A DNA stretch of 63,699 nt, the filler included, from Octopus bimaculoides (Eukaryota), in the NCBI RefSeq assembly GCF_001194135.2. It is 5 parts of 4 records of this genome, joined end to end, with 100 filler letters (N's around TTAATTAATTAA, not from the genome) between each part and the next. Parts side by side here need not be neighbours in the genome. Positions count along the whole stretch, not along the records: positions 25,405 to 53,264 come from NC_069005.1; positions 53,365 to 58,617 come from NC_068981.1; positions 58,718 to 62,434 come from NC_068987.1; positions 62,535 to 63,699 come from NC_068986.1; 1 more part is not named here. One strand, 5' to 3'. A program made the position numbers and the translations under genes. Positions 50,521 through 63,661 of this stretch are shown here, one piece after another. The number at the start of each line of letters is the position of its first letter. The first letter of the stretch is position 1. The notes beneath the pieces are model-generated. The model saw nothing but the letters and a program-made list of their open reading frames with translations, ran no database searches and was not told the origin of the DNA.

Positions 50521-52959
50521 TTTACTTAGTTGTTTTAGAGAGAAAATTTAATGTGAATTGGAGGGGAGGGAGGATAGAAGAGATGCAAAAAGAAATAGAA
50601 AAAAAGAAAACAATTGCCTAAAATGACCACCACATATTTTACTATAAGTTATCTGTTTCTCCATTCTGGGATGGATGGGAAGTTCTCTGATTTATCGTTT
50701 GTCAGATTCCATATTTTTTGTGGGGTTTTCTTTTACAGCTGGATGCCCTCCCTACTGCTAACCATTCAACTGTGAAGGAGAGAAGCATGCCACAGCTAAC
50801 TGAAGCAAACTGATATGGAATGGTATGCATCTGTTTTGTCTTGTCTTGTCTGGGAGCAGAACATAGAGGCAGGCCCATAACAAGACTTCAATGCATAACA
50901 ACCACCTTATTGGTAGGAGATGAACTCATCACTCGGAAGTAGCAGTGAAAATTTCCCTCGAATCACATCTTGCTATTGTAAGAAAGGTGGGGGGAAAAGC
51001 CAGTTTAGATAATGTAGTGTCATAACGTGTGTTTGTGTGTGTGGACTCAAACACCAGAGGGTCTTGTCAGGGCATTGTTGTAACACGAGGAATGTCTTGT
51101 AGGGGTACTGTTCATGAGATACTGTATGAGTCGGGCACTTTTAAACCCTGTGAAACTAATGTTCAAGCTGATTTGTTCAGTTGATTTATTTATCAGCTCC
51201 AAAAAAGATCACAAGGAATGTTGGCCTCTGAGGGATTTAAACTCGGAGTGCTAACAGCCATAACAAATGCTGCAAGACTTTCTGTTTGGTACTGAAATGA
51301 CTCTGGTACTTTTAAAAGTACATTTTTTGGAGTCTCTAAAACAGTGTAAGGCACCTCAAAAAATAGTGTCTTAGGTATCTCTAAAAGTACAGTATTACGT
51401 CCATCTAAAATACCAGTGTTAAGTGTGCCTAAAATAGTCTTAGATACCTCTAGAAATACAAGGAATGTGTTGGAATTTATTTTATGTCTGCTTGGTCAGG
51501 ATAGTCCAGAGGCTAAACAACATCAGCAACTTGTGATCATAATTATTTCTATAATCAACTGAAGTGCAAATAATGCCTGGATGGGATAAATAAAGCACAT
51601 CTTCATAACTGGGATATTTGATAAGGGGAATCTTTCCTGAAATATTATAGACGCATTAAACAACCTATGTTGGGTAATACAGTATCTTCTTTTTGTTTTA
51701 ATTTATTGGCATCATGTTATATGTTTTGTCTAACCTTTCACCCAGATTGCTTAAATGTTTCATTTTTAAAAACAAAATATATATCAAGATAAAACTGATT
51801 TTTCTTGTTCTAGCAGGTAATTCAGCAGAAAATATCGGCTTTGAATTGCATAGTTGGAGGTTGATATTTAATAGGGAAAAGAGGAAGAAAACTGTAATTA
51901 CAATGATGTAGTTGTTGTTGTTGCTGATTGTTTAACCTTCCCAGGTCTGCTCTGATAGAGCATCAGATCTGTGATCAAAGAGCATTCCAGCAAATGACCA
52001 TCCCACCTATTTTGCCCCCATTAAGAAAAAAACAAACAAACAAAAACACTATGACTAGAACTACATTATCAAATGTGTCATTCCTCCTTATTTCTTTCTT
52101 AGGATAGTAAGGTGTGAATTGAGGGATATTTGGCTGCTATTTTTAGCAAGTCAAGCAACCACATACAAGCCTCCCTCTTTAGCTCCCAGGTATTTATAAT
52201 CAAGACGTGGTGTAAACACACGCACACAAGACAACAAACCAACCCATTAAAACTTAATTAGTTTCTCATTTACTCGGTTGACTTCAACAAATGTTAACCA
52301 GAACAAGATAGTAAGTGGTGGTAGTGGTGGTGGTGATGGTATGCCGGTAATTGTGGTAATAAGAACACTAACAAAGAGACTGAAGTAAACAAGCAACATC
52401 AAGAATATTACTAGAAATAACATAACTTTCTTTCAGTTGTATCTCAGAGGGGTCATTATGCCAATAACAACACATACACTGGTTATATTTCAGTTCACTT
52501 ATTATCTTTTGTTAACCAATTAGATAGATAATCAGTTGTTTGATTAATCGTTATGGGTTAAATAGTTAACCAACTGACAAATAAAAGTGAAGAAGTGAAA
52601 CAACCAGTGTGTGTGTGTGTGTTTATAATTAGCATAATGACTGAGAATTTGTGAATATGAGTGAGGGAGGCTGGAGATGCTATGAAAATATTTGTGGCCC
52701 TCCCCTCTATCTCAGTCCTTAAGTATTTGATGATTATAATTGAAAAAGCTGTACAAGGTTTCAAATAAACCAAGCTTGGTTATGAAAAACCAGTTCACTG
52801 AAAGTACTATTACTAAATAATAAACTAGTCCTATATTGTTAATAGTGACTTCGAATTTTGCTACAAGGCCAGCAATTTTAAGGGTAGAGGACCAAGATCT
52901 CAACGGTACTTATTTTAGTGACCCCGAAAGGATGGAAAGTAAAATCAATTCCAGCCGAA

Positions 52960-53009
<50 letters not shown>

Positions 53010-53594
53010 ATATATAATCAGCCAATATTATAACTGTTAGACTACTCACATGAGATGGTTTGTTTAGGACTGACCATACCTTTCAGAAATGCAGACAGTA
53101 GAAAGTTGATCAATGAACAAGGTTTTTTTTTTCTCAGTGTTTTTCTACTAATGTTCTCCTTTTTCTGGGTTAGTTGCCCTTGCCATGGCATAGTGTCCTT
53201 ATCCATTGGGATAGCGGATAGGGGTGCATCTGGGTACCAAACTATTTATTAAAACCTAAGTAAANNNNNNNNNNNNNNNNNNNNNNNNNNNNNNNNNNNN
53301 NNNNNNNNTTAATTAATTAANNNNNNNNNNNNNNNNNNNNNNNNNNNNNNNNNNNNNNNNNNNNTTACTACAGCATTATTTCAGATTTTCTGTTTCAAAT
53401 TAGTTATTTTTATAAAAAGATATAAAATATTTATGTTAACTAAAAATTGTTTTTTCCTAACATTCATGTTTTCTGTATATTTTGGAAAGTAGGGTCTCCG
53501 TTGGTCATCCTTGCACCTGAACATATATGCGCAGGCCGAGGGTCAGGTTTCTTTCCTTTCTTTGTGTGTGTTTTTTTTTTTTTTTCAGAAAGCT

Positions 53595-54020
53595 GCAGGT
53601 GTGGTTGTGTGGTAAGAAGTTTGATTCACAACAGCATGGTTCCGGTTTCGGTTCCACTGCGTGGCATATGTCTTCTTCCATAGCCCCGGGCCGACCAAAT
53701 CCTTGTAAGTGGATCTGGTTGATGGAAACTGAAGGAAACTCGTTGTATATATGTCTGTGTGTGAGTGTGTATGCGTGTGTGTGTGCATGTGCATGTGTGT
53801 GTGTGTCTGCCTGTCTGTATGTGTGTGTGTGTGTGTGTATCTTTGTGTCTGTGTTTGTCCTCCACCACCACTTGACAACCTAGCGGTCCGGCAAAAAAGA
53901 CCGATAGCGGGATATAAAAAACAAGTATTGGAATCGATCCGTTCGACTAAAATTCTTCAAGGTGGTGCCCCAGCTTGGCCAAAATCTAATGAGTGAAACA
54001 AGCGAGAAGTAAAAGATAAA
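53595..54020 (+). mobile_element. CORE-like SINE with internal microsatellite
   Basis: Same architecture as 57050-57510. Confidence 0.7.
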
Positions 54021-55353
54021 AAGGGCTAACAGTCGCCCTTGGAAGCGAGTTTCTTCTGTCCACGCCACTGATGTTTCTCCTGAGGAAAAGGCACAGACTT
54101 AGATTGATATAGTTCGGCGCTTGGGTCATCTCAGGTGTTATTGTCAGAACACAAAGAGCCGGAACAGATGCTACAAAGCACCTTGTCCGACACTCTTACG
54201 TTTCTGCCAATCTATCATCAGGGATTGGCACTTTTTTTTATCGATCTCCGAAAAGCTGAATGGCAGCAGCGCTGACTTCAGTGGGATTTGAACTCATAGC
54301 GCAACGTATTGGAACAAATACTGTGAGGCAGTTTCTTCAACGCTCTAACAACTCTACCAATTGACCGCCATGCTTTGTGGGAGGACGGCATAAATAAAAC
54401 AGATCTAAGAAAGACGAAATGTGGATGTCAGGTGAGACGAACCCAGGTCTCCCAATTGGCGCTTGAGTATATTATCAACGATGCTAGTCAGCACGTGACT
54501 CTCTACATCAGCGGTCCTTAATCCCTACTCCCAGGGCCGCATACAGCTCTTAAGCACCCTCCTGGCGGCCCTCCACAGTCTTCCTTCTCTAAACATAATA
54601 ACATTTTACATTGATTGGCCTATGGTTTTCTTTGGGGGGGGGGGCGAAAAAGTCCAGGGTTTGGATCTGGTCCGGATAATATAAAGGTTGAGACGCAGTG
54701 CTCGACAAAGTCGGCTCAAGCTGGTAGAAATTGCAGCTAAATCTCCCTTAGATTACATTCCACCGTCTTAAATAAAGGAAGGACACACACACGTTCTCTC
54801 TCTCTCACTTTCTTTCTCTCTCTCCCTCTTTCACACACACATCACACACACACATTCTCTCTTTCTGCCTCTCTCTCTCTCTCTCTTCTCTCTCTCACAC
54901 ATACACACATAAACGACAGGCCTTCACACAGTTCCCGGCTATTAACTTCGGTCACAGGGCATCGGTCGGCTCGCAGCTAGATCAGAAAACGCTTGAGGGC
55001 GGAGAGCTGACGGAATCGTTACCACGCCGGATAAAAAATGCTTAGCGGCATTTCGTCCGTCTCCACGTTCCGAGTTTGAATTGCGCCGAAGTCGACTTCG
55101 CCTTTCATCCCTTCGGAGGTCGAGAAGAAAAGTACCAGTTGAATACTGGGGTCGATGTAATCGACTTCCCCCCACCACCACCACCTGCTTTGAAATTGCT
55201 GGCCTTGTGCTAAAATTTGTAGCCTACATTAAAAAACACTAGCCCAAGATGCCGTGCACTAGGATTGAACACGAAAGTACGCAGTCGCAAGAAGAGCTTC
55301 TTAACTACACAGCCATGCTTATGCCTCTGTGAGTGTGTGTATATGTACATCTA

Positions 55354-55391
<38 letters not shown>

Positions 55392-55714
55392 TGTGTGTGT
55401 GTGTGTGTGCGTGTGCATATATATATGCATGCGCGTACACACGCATTTCTCTGTTAGATTTGTCTACCTTCGACTTAACAACAGAACATGACATAAATTA
55501 ACAACGCCCTTGCCTCTAGTTCCACTTGGGGAGGATTATAGAATTAATGGATTTGAGTATTAATAAAATTCACCGCTGGATTGATACGCCAGATACATTT
55601 AAATGAATATCTAATAAATCGCTTCAATTGGATGAGAATAACCGTGTCTGTTTAGTCACAACAAAACTGTTTATTTCTCCTGTAGACATTTTGAATAATT
55701 TATGTTAATTAGGC

Positions 55715-55917
55715 TCAGGTGTGGCTGTGTAGTAAGAAGCTAGCTTCCCTTGTGAGCAGTAAAGAAATAAGAAGCTAGCTTCCCGATTACATGGTTCTGG
55801 GTTCAGTCCCATTGCGTGGCACCTTGGGCAAGCATCTTCTACAATAGCTTCGGGCCGACCAAAGCGTTGTGAGTGGATTTGGTAGAAGGAAACTGAAAAG
55901 AAGCAGCAATGTGTGTA

Positions 55918-56015
<98 letters not shown>

Positions 56016-56190
56016 TCTGTCTGTGTTTGTCCGCCACCACCGCTTAACTGGTACTGGTATGGTTATGTCCCCATAACTTAGCGGTTCAGCAGATGGGTGT
56101 AGGCTTTAAAAAAATATAATTACTGGGATCGATTCATTCGACCCAGGACGGTCGCAGTCTAATGACTGAAACAAGAAAAAGAAAACAGCA
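55715..56190 (+). mobile_element. CORE-like SINE with long internal (GT)n
   Basis: gcaccttgggcaag core; (GT)n at ~55923-56012. Confidence 0.75.
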
Positions 56191-56708
56191 AATTTAAACT
56201 GTTGCTAGTGAGTTCAAATCTCGCCGAGGTCAACTTTGTTTTCATTTTATCCGTGGGTCGATAAGACCAGTGAAGTGCTAGGGTCATCCTCAAATCCACT
56301 GCCCTTAACATTCCTGGTTTACTACCTTAATCTGAAATTATTAATATTCTTTTCTACTCTAGACAAAAGGCCCAAAATGTTTCGGGGTGGGGGGGCCAGT
56401 CGATTAGATCGACTCCAGTACGCAACTGGTACTTAATTTATCGACCCCGAAAGGATGAAAGGCAAAGTCAACCTCGGCGGAATTTGAACTCAGAACGTCA
56501 AGACAGACGAAATACCGCTAAGCATTTCACCCGGCATGCGAAACTATAAATACTATTGGTGGTGGTGGTGGTGGTGGTGGTTGGCCCCTTGAGCTCTGAT
56601 CAGTTAATGGCTTATGATGTCTGACATGTCGAAGATCAAATCTGAGAGAGGAAATAATTAGACTTTTAAGCTTTGTAAAATAAGTTGGTTTCAGTGACAA
56701 ACACCGTT

Positions 56709-56911
56709 CAGTTCTATATTTAAGAGATGAGGAATTATGTACATTATTTACATTATTTACATTAATTACATTTGACGAATACCTTAGGAATGAGAACCCA
56801 GGTTCAAAATTTCCCCAAGACACCTGATGAAGGCTGGTGGGTATATCAGCCGAAACGTTGTGTTAACAACAAACAAGATGAGGACAAATATCCGTCAAAT
56901 TTAAATAATGT
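56709..56911 (+). mobile_element. 203-bp hammerhead-bearing non-autonomous element (retrozyme candidate)
   Basis: Flanked by 12-bp direct repeat ACAAACACCGTT (56697-56708, 56912-56923); contains a hammerhead motif and nested inverted repeats. Confidence 0.6.
56819..56864 (+). ncRNA. Minimal type-I hammerhead ribozyme
   Basis: GACAC-CTGATGA-A-GGCTG-gtgggtatat-CAGCC-GAAA-CG-TT-GTGTT: stem I GACAC/GTGTT, 5-bp stem II, palindromic AACGTT stem III, GUU site, one extra A after A9. Confidence 0.7.
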
Positions 56912-57049
56912 ACAAACACCGTTGTCATTAAAACTTCATCTCTCTAATCAATAAAAAGATAAAAAGATGCGATTTCGAATCCCACTGGAAGCAACTTTGT
57001 TTCGTGTACAGTTTTTAATAAATAGATAAGCTAAGTCAGTGATAACATA

Positions 57050-57213
57050 TGGAGTGGCTGTGTGGTAAGTAGCTTGCTTATGAACCACATGGTTCCAGGT
57101 TCAGTCCCACTGCGTGGCACTTTGGGCAAGTGTCTTCTACTATAGCCTCGGGCCTACCAACGCCTTGTGAGTGGATTTGGTAGACGGAAACTGAAAGAAT
57201 CCCGTCGTATATA

Positions 57214-57272
<59 letters not shown>

Positions 57273-57510
57273 GTGTGTGTATATGTTTGTGTGTATATGT
57301 TTGTGTGTCTGTGTTTGTCCCCCCAACATCGCTTGACAACCGATGCTGGTGTGTTTACGTCCCCGTAACTTAGCAGTTCGGCAAAAAGTACCGATAGAAT
57401 AAGTACTAGGCTTACAAAGAATAAGTCCTGGAGTCGATTTGCTCGACTAAAAGGCGGTGCTCCAGCATGGCCACAGTCAAATGACTGAAATAAGTAAAAA
57501 AGTAAAAGAG
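57050..57510 (+). mobile_element. CORE-like SINE, full length
   Basis: tRNA-like head (TGGCTGTGTGG..GGTTCAGTCCC), CTTTGGGCAAGT resembling the MIR/CORE domain, internal (TA)/(TG) tract, A-rich tail. Confidence 0.75.
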
Positions 57511-57633
57511 TATAATTCTGAGAGTAGCACAGAACTAATCAGAAATATTAATATGGTGAGAGGGGAGGAATAGATTATTGCTCATTTGATTAATTATATT
57601 ATTTCGGTATTTAGATAAGTAGGAGGGGACAAC

Positions 57634-57672
57634 TCCAGACATGTTCCAGTTTTATCAGACCTCTTCAGTGAA
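57634..57672 (-). ncRNA. Degenerate hammerhead motif
   Basis: Minus strand TTCA-CTGAAGA-GGTC-tgataa-AACT-GGAAC-AT-GTC-TGGA: palindromic ACATGT stem III, mutated stem II and GAAA. Confidence 0.35.
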
Positions 57673-57805
57673 ACAGATTTCGCCGTATTTGCCTAAGTAG
57701 CGATAGAGGAATCAGTAAATAATAAGTAGCTTGATATTTTAAGTTAGTAACCCCTTATTACTAGTGTTGTTGTTGTCGTCGTCGTTGTCGTTGTTGTTGT
57801 TGTTG

Positions 57806-57890
57806 CTACTGCTGCAGCTGCTGCTGTTGCTGTTTTCTGTAGGCATCGTATCTGTTTAAAATCATCTGCTCGTAGTTCCATGTGGTAACC
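57806..57890 (-). other. Candidate terminal coding exon
   Basis: Polypyrimidine tract plus AG acceptor (ends 57891), then VTTWNYEQMILNRYDAYRKQQQQQLQQ*. A second frame is also open. Protein not recognised. Confidence 0.2.
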
Positions 57891-58568
57891 CTTACATAGG
57901 GAAGAGAGAACCCTTCCCAAGAAAAAAAAAAGATAACAGAGGGACGGGCAAAATATAAACTGACTTCATCATTTTCACTAGTATCGTACTGCTACGTTAT
58001 TCGACATAAATCCTGATTAAATAACATATTTTACTTGAGTGAGTTAAAGACACCGACTCTGTCGCTCGGACTGCTTGGAATAATAGTCGAACCTACCAAG
58101 AATCAACCCTTAAAACTTTAAAAGCTCACAAAATCCTTAATAACTTTTTTTTAAATAAATAAATAAACGTGACACACTGGATAATATCTTAGAGATAATT
58201 AACGGGATGGTCACCAATGGAATGCCTTTTCATTATAGATCTACTTTGATCAGAATTTATATCTTAATGGCTTACTAAGGCGGCGTGCTGGCAGAATGGT
58301 TAGAATGGTGGGCAAAATGCTTAGCGGCATTTCGTCTGTCTCTACGTTCTGAGTTCAAATTCCACCGAGGTCGATTTATTGCCTTTCATCCTTTCGGGGT
58401 CGATACAATAAGTACAGGCTGAACCCTGGGGTGGCTGTGATCGGCTTAACTTGACTCTAAAACCGCATCAAAACTTGACTTGATGTGGTTTTAGAGTCAA
58501 GTTTTGACTGCTATCTCTAGCATGATGGTATCTTTTAGATCCCCTTAATTATAATTTTTACGTGTATA

Positions 58569-58617
<49 letters not shown>

Positions 58618-59163
58618 NNNNNNNNNNNNNNNNNNNNNNNNNNNNNNNNNNNNNNNNNNNNTTAATTAATTAANNNNNNNNNNNNNNNNNNNNNNNNNNN
58701 NNNNNNNNNNNNNNNNNATATATATATATATAAACATGTATGTATATTATCCTAGTTGCGAAAGAGACAATAAAGTTTCTTGTTTATTTCTGTGCATAAA
58801 TAAATAGTTTTGTTCTTTTAAACTTTAGTTGTTACAATAAACATTTTGAGGAATTTTAACAAAGCAGTATCATGAATACTTTCGACTAGTCATTTCATAA
58901 ATTTAAACTTTGTTACTATTAAAAATATGAAAAAGAGAAAAAAAAAAAAGAAAACGAAATATTGCAAAAGAAGTTTTATTTATGAATAATGAATTATTTT
59001 TAATTATACAAAGTACTATTTGTTTTTCTCTTTATGTTTACATTTTTGTTTTGTTATTAACAGTGTTTAAAACTGTATTTGAAACTTAAATAAAAAAAAT
59101 AGTATGGAATTTTTTTGTATTACTAGTCTTTTTGTCTTATATAAATAAAAATGTGTGTGTATG

Positions 59164-59211
<48 letters not shown>

Positions 59212-59395
59212 CATATATACATATATATAGCCTTGTGAATATATTTGGCAGACAGTAACTGAAAGAAGCCCTTTGTATATATATGTATATACAAAATGCA
59301 GACAATATTTGTTTGCAATTTTTAGCTGCCAATTTTATGCATATTTTTTTTAGTTTTGTTGTTGGACTTTTTCTTCTTAACGGTAATAACCATTT

Positions 59396-60430
59396 TTGTT
59401 TCATTTTTTTTGCAGAATAATTGAACCCCACAATTTGTGGAAGAGGCATGGAGTCCTTCTTGTTGGAATATGCACCAGGACAAGCAAGGAGATTTCAGAC
59501 TTCTTCAACATTAACAGAACGATAGTAGAAAAGGTCAGAAAGGAACTGGAAGAGTCAGGATTTGATTATGTGGTGACAGCAGAGAGGAAAACCCATGATC
59601 TACAACCTGACACTATCAGAATGCTGGACTTTGTTGATGAAATCCAGGATTTCATCAACAATGATCCAAGCAAGTTGATGCATGCCATTGCAAGGGAGAA
59701 AGGTGTGGGTGTAAAGCTCATCAGGCTGGATGTGCATGAGGATATTTGCTACTTTTACATACAAGAGGAAGAAGGGACAATTTCAGTCTAAGGCAATGCA
59801 GGAAAAGCAACTCAAGCATACCAGGCTGATAAATAAGTTGAAATACCTGCTGTGGTTCTTCTCTGACATGAAGAATTTCTGCCATGACCAGAAGACCAAC
59901 TCCCAGAACAACAGGTGGCTTACTGTCTCACCTAATGAATGTGGCCAGAGTCATGCAGACGAAATTTCCAGTGACAATCAAGTGAAGGTGACATCATGCT
60001 ACCCAGCTTATTTGCTGAGAGCCTCAGGCTGAATACTGACAACTACTTCCATGTTCTAAGTGAGATGGTGAAGCTCTGGATCAACCAGGTGGCTGCAGGG
60101 AGGTCGTACATGTAGCAGTGGGACTTTGTGCCCTATTACACCAGCTGGAAGACCCAGGCCTGGTTGTTGGAGAATTTCTTTGATTACACAGTACCTAACA
60201 TTTAGCCTTCCAACTTCCTTACTGCACCACCCACACTGACTTCTTTGTTTGGGAAATGAGAGACCAACAAATCCAGCTGCAACACGAAGGGTTGAGCTGA
60301 GGGCCAAGATTACCAGAGTCTTCAGGGGCCTAAAACAGAAAATAGTGATGAAGGCCTGCGGCTGGTTTTGAGATTGCCTGGAGGCTGTCATCGAGGCCAA
60401 AGGCAGGTTCATTAAGTGAGATTGACAGAA
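59396..60430 (+). mobile_element. maT (DD37D)-like Tc1/mariner transposase pseudogene
   Basis: LWFFSDMKNFCHDQKTNSQNNRW and hand-translated WDFVPYYTSWKTQAWLLENFFDYTVPNI*PSN. Confidence 0.75.
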
Positions 60431-61443
60431 CATGTCATGAAGACAAACTGACCCAAATTTGATGAATATATCTAAAAAAATAAAAACACTTATTTTTCTA
60501 AGGTAGTCATTATGCCAATGAATACCATCTACACACTGTACATATGTGTTAGTGTCTCCTCATGGTAATTACAAACAAGTGTCACTGTCATGCAACTGGT
60601 GTTCTTTGTTTCCACTATTCTGTGTTATTCTGGTCATGGGAAAATATTACTTTATATAGAAACAGATGAGGGTTGGCACTAGGAGGGGCATTCAGCTGTA
60701 GAAAATCCACCTCAACAAATTCTTTCCAACCCATGTGAGCATGAAATAATGGAGGTTGAAATGATGATGATTATGATTCATCTATAATACATTAAAAGTC
60801 AGTTTGAATCTTGCTTGCTTGCAATGTTACCCAGCCAAACTGGCGCATAATGGGAAAATACTATGAATTAAGACACCCTGAAACGTCAATACGGACAGAA
60901 TGAAACAAGTTTCATGTAAATCAGAGCAGTAGTTATTGAGATATTCGGGGTTTGGGGGTATAAATACCTAAAACGGTGCATAATGGGAAAAATGTTCTGA
61001 ATATAACTTCATCCTGAAAGGGAAGAAACTCTAACCTATTGATTAGAGAGTGATTTGACAACGAAAAATACAATTTGTTTTTTTACAGTAAATGTTTCTA
61101 TTTTCGCTTTTGTTAAACACAATATTTTAATCATTTAGAAATATTTTTAAGTGAATGTGATTTCAAAAATGTAAGTTGTTTGTACAGTAAGTATTTATAT
61201 TTTAGCTTTCTTTAAATAGACAATATTTTAATGTTTTTTAAAATTATTTTGAAGTGAATACTGTTACAAAAATTTCTTTTGCATATTTAAAAATTATTTT
61301 AAAGCGAAAATGACTTTAAAAATATGGTAAATATTTCGTAAAAGACCTGTTTGTAACTGTGGCGTGAAATAGTTTTTTCCCATAGGTTTTTTTTTAATGC
61401 ATTCAACATATCTCAGCTCCAACGATTTGGCTGCTATTTCTAG

Positions 61444-61690
61444 ATACCCTACTACCATGTAACAGATATTTGCGATAAAGAACCCGAAATACCTGTTACG
61501 TGGTAGCAGGGCATGCAAGAAATAACAGCCAAATCTTTCCTTTTCTGGGGAAAGGAGCTGTTTATATGTGATTTTGATGTCACATTCATTGAAAGCATGT
61601 GAAATAACCTGGAAAAGAAAAAAATCCACAAAACAAAACTCCGTTGCTGGGAAACTCAGAGTTTCCCAGTGACCCACTGGGTCACAGGTA
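61444..61690 (+). mobile_element. Possible Helitron-like non-autonomous element with foldback and twin hairpins
   Basis: 27-bp inverted arms 61444-61470 / 61488-61514, terminal hairpins 61647-61685, then GTAG-T. Confidence 0.3.
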
Positions 61691-62075
61691 GTTTAGTATT
61701 ATATGTATGTATGTATATATACCACCCTCATATTCATCATTGTCATTTCAGTGTTCACTTTTCCATTTTAGCTTCTCCAAATTTCTTGATTATTTTCATT
61801 GTTTTATTTGAAGAGGGGATTTACTCTGAAATAGAGGATTATTAAATAACCTACATAAGTTGATGCAATATCTTTATCTTAACTGCAGGCATTATAGAGA
61901 TAATTAGTATTAAGAGTAGAGTTGATAACAGGTGGGCCACTGAGGTGTTATCTGTGCATTTTGGTTCAAGACTCTTCAACTGTGTAGGGTGTAGTATTGA
62001 AGGAGGTGAAATTAGAGGGACAGGAACAGGTGTCTTGATGAAGACTTGAATGCATGGCTTCCTAAGCTTGAAGAA

Positions 62076-62125
<50 letters not shown>

Positions 62126-62178
62126 AGCTCTGATGATGAGGGAATATCCACAAAGTACAAGCTGAACATGTGAGAAAA

Positions 62179-62434
62179 TCTATATCTATATATATAAAAA
62201 TGAGAATGTGTGTCTGTGTGTGTGTATCCCTAAAACTCGAGAACTACGCAACCAATTTCATTCAAATTTTACACATGCCTTACTTAGGGTTCCAGTTGTG
62301 TTTTAGTCAAAAAATTTTTTTAACTTCTTGCAGAGTTCGAGCCCACGGCAACATAATATCTCCTCCACTATTTAAGTATTACGTGTCAAAAGTGAAACAA
62401 AAACACTCATGTCAAATACTTTCACTTTAAAAAT
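62179..62434 (+). mobile_element. Non-autonomous Helitron 5' end
   Basis: A|TCTATATCTATATATATAAAAATG start typical of Helitron 5' termini. Runs into an N gap. Confidence 0.5.
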
Positions 62435-63149
62435 NNNNNNNNNNNNNNNNNNNNNNNNNNNNNNNNNNNNNNNNNNNNTTAATTAATTAANNNNNNNNNN
62501 NNNNNNNNNNNNNNNNNNNNNNNNNNNNNNNNNNATATATATATATATATATATATACATATATATATACGACGGGCTTCTTTCAGTTTCTGTCTACCAA
62601 ATCCACTCACAAGGCTTTGATCGACCCAAGGCTATAGTAGAAGGTGCCACGCAGTGGGACTGAACCCAGAACCATGTGGCTGGTAAGCAAGCTACTTACC
62701 ACACAGCCACATACATACATACATATATACATGTATACATACATGCATATATACATACACACATACATACAATAAATATCTGTAGGGGCAAGTGTGACAA
62801 GAAGCTTGCTTTCCAACCACATGGTTCTGGGTTCAGTTCCACTATGTGGCACCTTTGGCAAGTGACTTCTACTATAGCCCCGAGCCAACCTTGTGAGTGG
62901 ATTTGGAAGACAGAAACAGAAAGAAACCACATGTTTGTGTTTGTGTTTGTCCCCCACCACCATGGTGGTCTGTTTATGTTCCTGTAACTTAGCATTTGGC
63001 AAAAGAGCTTGATAAAATGGTACAGGCTTTAAAACAAGTACTTGGAGTTGATTTATTCAACAAAAGATCTTTAAAGTGGTGCCCCAGCATGGCCACAGTC
63101 TAATGACTGAAACAAGTAAAAGATGAAAGATACATATATATATATAAAA

Positions 63150-63454
63150 GTACCAGTGGCATGTAAAAAGCACCAACCGAATGTGGCCGATACCAGTAAC
63201 CCCTGAGTGGCCCTCGTGCCAGTGGCACATAAAATACACTATCTGAATGTGATCGATGCTAGGCCTGCTTGACTGGCTCCTGTGCCGGTGGCATGTAAAA
63301 AGCACCCACTACACTCACGGAGTGGTTGGCGTTAGGAAGAGCATCCAGCTGTAGAAACTCTGCCAGATCAGATTGGAGTCTGGTGCAGCCGCTGGCTTTC
63401 CAGACCTCAGTAAAACCATCCAACCCATGCCAGAATTGAAAACAGACGTTAAAC

Positions 63455-63497
<43 letters not shown>
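63150..63497 (+). mobile_element. RTE 3'-UTR copy with long (GAT)n tail
   Basis: Internal subunit repeats, then gcacccactacactc..acgttaaac(GAT)n. Confidence 0.8.
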
Positions 63498-63499
<2 letters not shown>

Positions 63500-63661
63500 A
63501 TATACTTTCACATATTCTGCCTTTAGCAGAATCTTCTGTTGGAAGCATTGAGGCCAGGGTTCCTCTTTCAGGATACCTCCCGTACCCCAGTTTTGGAGGG
63601 CTTCTTAAAGGGGATAGGCACAGCCTTTTCTCCTGACTGAAAGATTAAAATTAAATTGCAT

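Noticed and set aside
25349-62490. Recurring TTAATTAATTAA inside gaps as a biological motif
   Set aside because: Always centred in uniform ~100-bp N gaps: a scaffolding linker.
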